Shown: positions 56,896-64,000 of the stretch, in pieces
How positions within the stretch are numbered: the stretch's first letter is position 1
Layout of the letters: each line of letters opens with the position of its first letter
Origin: Bacteroidales bacterium
Lineage (GTDB): Bacteria > Bacteroidota > Bacteroidia > Bacteroidales > VadinHA17
Reading direction: 5' to 3'
Length of the DNA stretch: 64,000 nucleotides
Assembly (NCBI GenBank): GCA_046484805.1
Contig: JAWOIF010000185.1
Span: forward strand, 42-64,041
Notes under the pieces: model-generated
Told to the model about the DNA's origin: nothing
Databases searched by the model: none
Seen by the model: only the letters and a program-made list of their open reading frames with translations
Made by a program: the position numbers and the translations under genes

Positions 56896-58584
56896 ATGAG
56901 ATCAACGGAGGAACCAACAGGCGAACGCACTGAAAGCCTGAGCTTTATTGAAGCTATAATTGAGAAAGACCTTAAGGAAGGTAAAAACGAAGGAAAGGTG
57001 GTTACACGCTTCCCTCCCGAGCCTAACGGGTACCTTCATATCGGCCATGCCAAGGCTATATGCCTGGATTTCGGAATGGCTGCAAAGTACGGAGGAAAAT
57101 GCAACCTGCGCTTCGACGATACAAACCCGATAAAGGAGGAACAGGAGTATATCGATGCCATTAAGGAGGATATTAAATGGCTTGGCTTCGACTGGGAGGA
57201 CAGGGAATTCTACGCTTCAGACTATTTCAAACAATTGTATGATTTCGCCATCGATCTCATAAACCGTGGACTCGCATATGTTGACGATCAGAGCTCCGAG
57301 GCTATTGCCTCCCAGAAGGGGACACCCACACAGCCCGGACAACACAGCCCTTTCCGTGAACGTCAGGTTGAGGAAAACCTCGATCTTTTCGGGCGGATGA
57401 ACAAGGGGGAATTCCCTGAGGGAGCCCGCGTGCTAAGGGCCAAAATAGATATGGCATCACCCAACATGCATATGCGCGACCCGGTTATCTACCGTATCAT
57501 CAACGCTCCGCACCACAGAACCGGAGCCACATGGAAAGTATACCCGATGTATGATTTTGCGCACGGACAGAGTGACTATTTTGAGGGTGTAACCCACTCA
57601 TTGTGCACGCTCGAGTTCGAAGTACACCGGCCTCTCTACGACTGGTTTATTGATAAGCTTAAAACCGGAGACTACCGTCCGCGACAGACAGAATTTAACA
57701 GGCTCAACCTCACATATACGGTTATGAGCAAGAGGCTTTTGCTCCAACTCGTCAACGAAGGAAGGGTCAGCGGATGGGACGATCCGCGAATGCCTACTCT
57801 TTCTGGTATGCGTCGCCGCGGTTATACCCCCGAGGCCATACGTAACTTCATCAGCCGTATCGGATATACCAAGGTGGAAGCTACAAATGATGTGGGACTA
57901 CTGGAATACGCGGTACGTGAAGATCTCAACAAACACACCCCCAGGGTTTTTGCGGTGCTCAATCCGCTGAAAGTCATCATCACAAACTATCCTGAAAACA
58001 GTTTCGAAGAGGTCGATCTCATTAATAATCCAGAAGATGAATCGATGGGCAGCCGCAAAGTGCCCTTTGAGAGAGAGATCTATATAGAGAAGGAAGACTT
58101 CATGGAGACACCTCCGCCAAAGTATTTCAGGCTTGCCCCGGGAATGGAGGTAAGACTTAAGGGAGCTTATATAATAAAATGCAACGACTTCCGTAAGAAT
58201 CCTGAGACAGGTGAGATCACCGAGGTCTACTGTACTTGCGATTACGATACCCGCAGCGGCGGACCCCAGTCCAACCGCAAGGTTAAGGGCACACTCCATT
58301 GGGTAGCCGCACCTCATGCCATTGATGCAGAGATACGTATGTACGACAGGCTTTTCTGCCATGAAGATCCGACCGGTCAGAAAGATCGCGACTTCAGAGA
58401 GTTTATGAATCCCGCTTCATTAAGGATTATCACCGGCAAGCTCGAGCCATCACTGGCAAATGCTAAGCCCGGCGACAGGTTCCAGTTCCAAAGGCTTGGA
58501 TATTTCTGTGCCGACCCCGACAGCCGGCCCGGTAAACTGGTATTCAATCAGACCGTAACGCTCAGAGACAGCTGGAGCAGATAG
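56896..58584 (+). CDS. glnS: glutamine--tRNA ligase
   Basis: 562 aa. The class I HIGH ([12 protein letters not shown]) and KMSKS (VMSKR) motifs are present, with a GlnRS-type C-terminal anticodon-binding beta-barrel domain. Confidence 0.96.
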   Translation: MRSTEEPTGERTESLSFIEAIIEKDLKEGKNEGKVVTRFPPEPNGYLHIGHAKAICLDFGMAAKYGGKCNLRFDDTNPIKEEQEYIDAIKEDIKWLGFDWEDREFYASDYFKQLYDFAIDLINRGLAYVDDQSSEAIASQKGTPTQPGQHSPFRERQVEENLDLFGRMNKGEFPEGARVLRAKIDMASPNMHMRDPVIYRIINAPHHRTGATWKVYPMYDFAHGQSDYFEGVTHSLCTLEFEVHRPLYDWFIDKLKTGDYRPRQTEFNRLNLTYTVMSKRLLLQLVNEGRVSGWDDPRMPTLSGMRRRGYTPEAIRNFISRIGYTKVEATNDVGLLEYAVREDLNKHTPRVFAVLNPLKVIITNYPENSFEEVDLINNPEDESMGSRKVPFEREIYIEKEDFMETPPPKYFRLAPGMEVRLKGAYIIKCNDFRKNPETGEITEVYCTCDYDTRSGGPQSNRKVKGTLHWVAAPHAIDAEIRMYDRLFCHEDPTGQKDRDFREFMNPASLRIITGKLEPSLANAKPGDRFQFQRLGYFCADPDSRPGKLVFNQTVTLRDSWSR

Positions 58585-58734
58585 CGTTATTGGGTACAAT
58601 CCAACCTGCAAAGCAACAGGATTTCTGCCATGCCAGCCCGGAATTCTGCTCCATCTGATGGATAGTCAACTGTTGCAGGATATCTGCCGGTAGCAAAAAT
58701 TCTCAATTATTAGTGGTTTTAATGCCAATTTTTT

Positions 58735-58742
58735 TACTTTTG
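58735..58742 (+). promoter_or_regulatory. -7 promoter box (TACTTTTG) of tRNA-Gln
   Basis: TAnnTTTG match ending 13 nt before the first tRNA base. Confidence 0.55.
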
Positions 58743-58754
58743 CACCCTAAACAT

Positions 58755-58827
58755 TGCTCCGTGGTGTAATTGGCAACACGTCTGATTCTGGATCAGAAGA
58801 GTTTAGGTTCGAGCCCTAACGGAGCAA
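58755..58827 (+). tRNA. tRNA-Gln (CTG)
   Basis: Folded by hand as a 73-nt cloverleaf. The acceptor stem is TGCTCCG/CGGAGCA, the anticodon stem is TCTGA/TCAGA with loop TTCTGGA, and the T-arm is TTAGG-TTCGAGC-CCTAA. No CCA is encoded. Confidence 0.9.
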
Positions 58828-58845
58828 CACCAGGCAATAAATAAA

Positions 58846-58878
58846 GCCCTGACACATAACGATGTCGGGGCTTTTTTT
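58846..58878 (+). terminator. rho-independent terminator after tRNA-Gln
   Basis: The gccctgac/gtcggggc stem has one mismatch and is followed by TTTTTTT. Confidence 0.75.
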
Positions 58879-59234
58879 ACAGGACTGAGTCACTGTATTA
58901 TTTAAAACAGAGTCCTAATTCTTTCAAATCATTCTTTAAAAGATTCCAATGCATCTGATAAAGCAGCTTTAGTCTCCTCCCATTTTTCTTCAGATGCTTC
59001 TGATTTGATGGATTATAGCTCGGTCCAGTGACGCAGAAATTTCTGTGCAGGGAAAATATTGTGACTGCACAGGTAAATGGAAAGTTATTTGTGAAAATCT
59101 GATTATGTAACTCTACTAAAGTGTGGAAATTTATCCGCATATTCCTCCCGGAAAATTGAATCAGCATACGGTGTGTTGCGTATATAGCTGACAGTCATGC
59201 CTTAGCGCGCCTGTGCTTAGTTGATTACAAGTTA

Positions 59235-59250
59235 TGGCACAGAATTTTCA
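59235..59250 (+). promoter_or_regulatory. sigma-54-like -24/-12 element TGGCAC-N5-TTTCA (imperfect)
   Basis: The -24 half is perfect, but the -12 half reads TTTCA instead of TTGCA. It lies 61 nt upstream of the ATG at 59311, and a sigma-54 activator gene lies at 63205. Confidence 0.25.
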
Positions 59251-59310
59251 TATAACCTTACAATATCTTTTGGAGGAATTATTAAATAGTTAACCTTTAA
59301 AATTAAGATT

Positions 59311-59733
59311 ATGAAAACAATCAAAAAACTTAGTTACACGCTGGTATTAGTATTAACTGCAGCCGCTCTGATAACATCATGTCAAAGCAGGGCCGAGAAA
59401 GAAAGACTCGAAAAAGAAAAAACCATGTTTGAAGAGGCCCGAAATGAAACAACGGCAAAGTTAGAGGAGTGGAGAGATGATATTGACTACCGGATTAATG
59501 ACATTAACAGGCGCCTGGAAGATGCCTCCGACGAGATGAAGGATGGATTGCAAGCGGCAAAAGAGGCCCTCACCAAAGAAAGATCTGATATTGACAGGGT
59601 TTTAAATGATGTTAAAAATGCAACTCAGGAAACCTGGGACGATGTGAGCAAGTTTACCGAAGAGACCTATGATAAAACAAAAAGAAAGGCTGAGGAGATT
59701 GCCAAAGATATTGAGGAGTGGTTTGAGAAATAA
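59311..59733 (+). CDS. coiled-coil lipoprotein (hypothetical)
   Basis: 140 aa with a lipobox (LITSCQ). The rest is highly charged and helical. Confidence 0.6.
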   Translation: MKTIKKLSYTLVLVLTAAALITSCQSRAEKERLEKEKTMFEEARNETTAKLEEWRDDIDYRINDINRRLEDASDEMKDGLQAAKEALTKERSDIDRVLNDVKNATQETWDDVSKFTEETYDKTKRKAEEIAKDIEEWFEK

Positions 59734-59778
59734 GAATAAAGCAGGATATGACAAATAAGGTCTGGTCTAAATAGATCA

Positions 59779-60633
59779 TTAACTGATCTTACTTACAAAT
59801 ACAGGCTTATCAACTTCTTTGATAATATTCTGAGTGCCACTGCCAAATATCAGCTTCCTGATTTTTCCTTTTCCCTGTGATTGAACCGCAATCATATCAG
59901 GGCTATTCTTTCTTACAAAACTTTTAATACCATCTTCAAGGTTGGTGTTATTAACAACATTGATGGTATAATTTGCCAACTCATATTCCTTAGCCAGGTT
60001 GCTAAGTTTCTCAACAGAATCATCAGGAGAAACTTCTCCATCAATAACCACATGCAGAAGGTGCATTTTGGCTTCTGTAAATTCAGCAAATTGTGCAATA
60101 TCCTTTAGTCCACTTTGGTCATTTTCACTCACATCAATGGCCACAAGAATATCTTTAATAACACCGAAGTTTGTTTTGTCTTTCAGTATTATAGCAGGGT
60201 AATCTATTTTCCTGACCAGTTCTTCTGAATCAATGCCAAAAATTTGATTAAGAAAATTATCCTCATCGCGGCTGCCAAATACAACTAAACCTGCATTAAA
60301 ATACTCGATGTAATCATTCAAATCAGTTTTGCTGTCGTTAAACCTTACATAGGCTTTTATCATAACCTTATCTGTTGAAAACTTATTGGCCTCACTCTCA
60401 ACAAGGGTAAGATGTTTTCTCATTAACTCAGCGTTAAACCGATCTATCCTTTGTCCATCAGAAAGCTGACCATCACCTGTAGCAGAGAAAGATTGAGGAT
60501 GCACTGGCTTGATAACATTCAAAAGAACAATTTCAGAAATACTTAATTGTTTAGCAACGCTAATGGCGAATTCTGTTACGTTTTCCGATAATTCGTCAAG
60601 CTCTGTTGCAACAAGTATTTTTTTTGTTTTCAT
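59779..60633 (-). CDS. tandem universal stress protein (UspA) domain protein
   Basis: 284 aa with two Usp-like halves. The second ends with the ATP-binding-type motif GSGTQNIIKEVDKPVFV. Confidence 0.82.
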   Translation of the reverse strand: MKTKKILVATELDELSENVTEFAISVAKQLSISEIVLLNVIKPVHPQSFSATGDGQLSDGQRIDRFNAELMRKHLTLVESEANKFSTDKVMIKAYVRFNDSKTDLNDYIEYFNAGLVVFGSRDEDNFLNQIFGIDSEELVRKIDYPAIILKDKTNFGVIKDILVAIDVSENDQSGLKDIAQFAEFTEAKMHLLHVVIDGEVSPDDSVEKLSNLAKEYELANYTINVVNNTNLEDGIKSFVRKNSPDMIAVQSQGKGKIRKLIFGSGTQNIIKEVDKPVFVSKIS

Positions 60634-60857
60634 AATCTACCCATTTTTACCGTTTTCATTCTTAATGACTCTAAATTTATACCATATATGAGGTTGTTCC
60701 TGCCTAAGCTCCATATCAATCAATTTGTCAGGAGTTTAGAATATTGCTAACCACCCGCTTTACATAAAGCTTGTGGAATATTATCAACAGTTCCACATAT
60801 TATTACTATTTTTAGTTGATGAACCTGTCTATCAGGAACGCTAAGTAATATAACTCT

Positions 60858-63152
60858 ATGAAGGACTTTTACGTAGATGAAATCCCCAACCCGGCCATAG
60901 TTTACGATTCTGACTGGAGGATTCGTAAAATAAATAAACCTGCCTTACTTCTGTTAGGTTACTCACAAGCCGAAGAGCTTTACGGAAAATCTATTTACCA
61001 TATCTGGCACGAAAAGGAGCATCGCCATACAGACAATCTGCAAATGCTAATTAACGAAAGGACTGGATTATCAGATGGTAAAGAGATTGAACATTTAAGT
61101 AAAGATGGGAAATGCATTGAACTATTTTCTCAATTCAAAAGGGTGGCAGATAATGAAAACCCGGGAACATTCTTTTATCTTGAATCGGGGTTTTACTATT
61201 CCGATATGCTTCAACAGGCTATTCAAAAACAACAGAAGAAACTTGATTACTGGAAAATCCTTGCAGATAATGTCCCTGGCTTAATGGTAATCCTTGTAGA
61301 CAAGAATCTGGATATTCAATGCAGCATTGGACACGAAGAGACCAAACATGTTATTGAAGAGCCAGATAACGGGTTAATAAATATAATTAGTCAGCTTCCA
61401 CCCGAGTTTATAGCTGTTTTGGAACCACTTTTTAGAATTGTCTTTGAAGGCACCTCAGTTAGCAGAGAATTTACTTACCGAGATGATTACTATGCCGTTA
61501 GCCTTACTCCACTTTCAGATCAGTTCGATAATATTTTATGCGTTGTTGTTATACAAAATATAACTGAAACAAAATTAGTGGAAAAGAAGCTTTTACTCTC
61601 AAAGGAAGAGGCCGAAGATGCAAACGAGGCTAAAAGCAACTTTATCGCCAAAATGTCGCATGAGATACGTACGCCTCTTAATGCAATCATTGGCTTCTCC
61701 GATCAGCTAAAAAAGACCAGACTTACAAAAAAGCAGTCCGATTATCTCGATATCGTTAACAACTCATCAAAGCATTTACTATCAACAATTGATGATATTC
61801 TGGTTCTTTCAAAGGTAGAATCGGGACAAATTGAAGTTGATGATAAGCCGTTTAAAGTTGCCAGGGTGCTAAAATCAGTCTATAATATCCTTGGGCACAG
61901 GATAATGAAGAAGAATCTTGAATTTAATACTCATTGCGGTATCTCAGAGGATGATGTGCTACTGGGCGATCCGGCCAAACTACGCCAGATTCTAATAAAT
62001 CTCGTGAATAACTCCATTAAATTCACTCACAGCGGGGAAATTTCTCTCTCCTGCTCAAGCATCAGTAATACATCCGAGACTCATATCATTCGTTTTGATA
62101 TTTCTGACTCGGGTATTGGTATTCCCCCCGACGAATTGCAAGCTATTTTTGACCCCTTCTATCAGGTTGACAATTCACTAGGCAGGAGCTATTTCGGATC
62201 GGGGTTGGGACTTACCATTTGCAAGGAGTTGGTTGAGTCTCTTGGAGGAGAAATAAGTGCAACGAGCACACCCGGAGGAGGTTCAACATTCTCTTTTACA
62301 TTATCCTTTAAAAAATCTACAGAACCATATTTCGAACATCAAACCCTGAGTCCCTTAGTTCACAAAGATTTATTGAAAAGCATAAACATCCTGTTTGTTG
62401 ATGATGACCCCGTAAACCAGATGCTTGGAAGAGTAATTCTCAATAAGTACAAAGCCAAAGTTACTTTTGCTAAAACGGGTCAGGAAGCAATAAAGCGATT
62501 TAAGCCTGGCTATTTTCAACTGGTGCTCCTGGATATTAATTTGCCCGGAACAAGTGGTATTGATGTGGCAGTACAAATAAGAGAGATGGAGGAGCTTTCT
62601 AAGATTGTTAGTCCGACAAGAATAATTGCAATGACAGCCAATGCGTTAAAAAAGCATATTGAGCAATACATTAAAGCTGGAATGGACGATGTCATTCTTA
62701 AGCCTTTTACCGAGGAAAATCTCTACCAAAAAATTGTAACACACACCCGCGTCAGAGGAGATGAAGAGATAGACAATTATCATAAAGCCAGTTACGGCTA
62801 TATGAGCGATCGATATAGTTTAGAAGAACTGCTAAGAATTACAAAAGGCGATAAAGAGTTCACGGTTTTAATGCTAAATACTTTTATTGATAACGCTACA
62901 ATTTCACTTGAAAGAATCAAGTCTGATCTTGAAAGAAACGATTACCTGTCTGTTGCAGAAGCGATACATCAACTTATACCCTCGGTTGAACAGTTGAGCT
63001 TTAGCAATACCACTAATCTTCTTAAGAGAATTGATAGAAGATATCTGAGAAAAAAAACATTTTCCCAGGATCCTAAGCTTATTGAGAAAGCCATAAAATA
63101 TATAGCATTTTGTATTGAATCTATCCGGGTAGTCAGGGATGAAATGGAATAG
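60858..63152 (+). CDS. hybrid sensor histidine kinase / response regulator (PAS-PAS-HisKA-HATPase-REC-HPt)
   Basis: 764 aa and cytoplasmic, with no TM helix. It has an H-box (SHEIRTPLNAI), G-boxes (DSGIGI, GSGLGLTI), a REC domain (LLDINLPGTSG) and a C-terminal HPt-like helix bundle. Confidence 0.9.
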   Translation: MKDFYVDEIPNPAIVYDSDWRIRKINKPALLLLGYSQAEELYGKSIYHIWHEKEHRHTDNLQMLINERTGLSDGKEIEHLSKDGKCIELFSQFKRVADNENPGTFFYLESGFYYSDMLQQAIQKQQKKLDYWKILADNVPGLMVILVDKNLDIQCSIGHEETKHVIEEPDNGLINIISQLPPEFIAVLEPLFRIVFEGTSVSREFTYRDDYYAVSLTPLSDQFDNILCVVVIQNITETKLVEKKLLLSKEEAEDANEAKSNFIAKMSHEIRTPLNAIIGFSDQLKKTRLTKKQSDYLDIVNNSSKHLLSTIDDILVLSKVESGQIEVDDKPFKVARVLKSVYNILGHRIMKKNLEFNTHCGISEDDVLLGDPAKLRQILINLVNNSIKFTHSGEISLSCSSISNTSETHIIRFDISDSGIGIPPDELQAIFDPFYQVDNSLGRSYFGSGLGLTICKELVESLGGEISATSTPGGGSTFSFTLSFKKSTEPYFEHQTLSPLVHKDLLKSINILFVDDDPVNQMLGRVILNKYKAKVTFAKTGQEAIKRFKPGYFQLVLLDINLPGTSGIDVAVQIREMEELSKIVSPTRIIAMTANALKKHIEQYIKAGMDDVILKPFTEENLYQKIVTHTRVRGDEEIDNYHKASYGYMSDRYSLEELLRITKGDKEFTVLMLNTFIDNATISLERIKSDLERNDYLSVAEAIHQLIPSVEQLSFSNTTNLLKRIDRRYLRKKTFSQDPKLIEKAIKYIAFCIESIRVVRDEME

Positions 63153-63204
63153 AAATTACTGAGGCACTTTTATCACTATCTTTACAGTAACTTATTAAAC
63201 ACCT

Positions 63205-64000
63205 ATGAAAGCGTCAATCCTTATTATAGATGATGATCCCTATATCATCACTTTGCTCGACAACTACTTTAAGCGGGAAGGCTACAAAACACATATATCA
63301 TACAAAGGAAGGCCAGCACTCAAATTACTGCATACCGAGCGTGTTGATGTTGTCCTGTGCGATATTCGCCTACCCGATATTGAAGGAATCCAATTACTGA
63401 AGTATATACGGAAGCTGGCTCCCGAAACGGTTGTAATTATGATGACCGCATACGCAGAGATCAGGGCTGCTGTTGAGAGCATTAAATCAGGAGCTTTTGA
63501 ATATGTAACAAAACCTGTTCTCCCTGACGAAATCAGCGATATCGTAAGGCGGGCAGTAAATAAAAAATCAGTTGAAAGCGCTAAAACGGATGATGATTTT
63601 ATAACAGGCGATAGCAGTAAAATGCTTGAGGTAATTGATCAGGCAAAGTTGGTGGCGCCAACCGACATGTCAGTTCTTATACAAGGAGAAACGGGCTCCG
63701 GCAAAGAGTATATTGCCCGATTAATCCATAAAAACAGCACGCGTAAGGGTAAGAAGTTTGTGGCCATCGATTGTGGCGCCATCCCCCGGGAGCTGGCATC
63801 AAGTGAGCTGTTCGGGCACATTAAAGGTGCATTTACAGGAGCTATTGCTGATAAAACCGGATATTTTGAGCAAGCCAATCAAGGAACCATCTTCCTTGAT
63901 GAGATTGGAAACCTGACTTACGAAACACAGGTAAAGCTGCTACGCGCCATTCAGCAGAAGGTGATAACGCGTGTTGGCGACAGCAAAGAGATTAAGGTTG
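63205..64000 (+). CDS. sigma-54-dependent response regulator (NtrC family), 3' end beyond the window
   Basis: My translation from the ATG at 63205 reads MKASILIIDDDPYII...VVLCDIRLPDIEG (REC domain). The AAA+ domain follows with Walker A (GETGSGKE) and the GAFTGA sigma-54 contact loop. It is absent from the ORF track because no stop lies in the window. Confidence 0.9.
   Translation, partial: MKASILIIDDDPYIITLLDNYFKREGYKTHISYKGRPALKLLHTERVDVVLCDIRLPDIEGIQLLKYIRKLAPETVVIMMTAYAEIRAAVESIKSGAFEYVTKPVLPDEISDIVRRAVNKKSVESAKTDDDFITGDSSKMLEVIDQAKLVAPTDMSVLIQGETGSGKEYIARLIHKNSTRKGKKFVAIDCGAIPRELASSELFGHIKGAFTGAIADKTGYFEQANQGTIFLDEIGNLTYETQVKLLRAIQQKVITRVGDSKEIKV

Noticed and set aside
58898-59167. An 89-aa minus-strand ORF in the 430-nt gap after tRNA-Gln. 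A second frame reads ...SEASEEKWEETKAALSDALESFKE*, which looks like the tail of a small coiled-coil stress protein.
   Set aside because: The 89-aa ORF has an implausible composition. The protein-like frame is only 27 codons long, preceded by a stop and lacking a start. At best it is an eroded gene remnant, which is too weak to call as a pseudogene.
60634-60857. Inverted repeat TGTGGAA-N12-TTCCACA in the divergent usp / hybrid-kinase spacer.
   Set aside because: It has only 7-bp arms and occurs once. It could be an operator, but it is indistinguishable from chance in AT-rich DNA.

Overview
This 64-kb window is a densely coding chromosomal segment with about 53 CDS and 2 tRNAs. It reads as Bacteroidota: a SusC-type TonB receptor, a T9SS C-terminal sorting domain, an S46 dipeptidyl-peptidase, TAnnTTTG -7 promoter boxes in front of many genes and both tRNAs, and almost no Shine-Dalgarno sequences.

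Most of the content is housekeeping: dnaE, trxA, ribD, prmC, recX, methylmalonyl-CoA mutase mutA/mutB, prfB, rnhA, rnhB, folB, glnS followed by tRNA-Gln, and tRNA-Cys. The ORF track splits prfB at its programmed +1 frameshift. Envelope, sensory and peptidase modules are interspersed among these genes.

I saw no rRNA, CRISPR array, transposase, integrase, phage gene or recognisable defence gene, so I cannot point to a clear-cut novel system.

The best candidates for undescribed biology are:
1. An operon pairing an exported TPR-caspase protein with a membrane sensor that fuses an HTCS-type double beta-propeller/Y_Y_Y periplasmic domain to a cytoplasmic PP2C phosphatase (7582-13149).
2. A two-gene cassette encoding a small T9SS-sorted protein and a bacterial collagen-like/C1q-like protein (25719-27643).
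3. A 3-kb divergent peptidase pair (M55 + M20) surrounded by three different short tandem arrays and by direct copies of a REP-like element. The arrays are a 10-mer x9-10 abutting the prfB promoter, an NNAACGG heptamer array between the divergent promoters, and a CAGATTT heptamer x7 after the stop codon.
4. A TroA/ZnuA-type metal uptake cluster with a His-rich small membrane protein and a porin-like protein but no ABC ATPase.
5. A translationally coupled CDP-alcohol phosphatidyltransferase / TauE / CdsA-like operon.

All functional calls come from motif and architecture recognition by eye. No database search was run.
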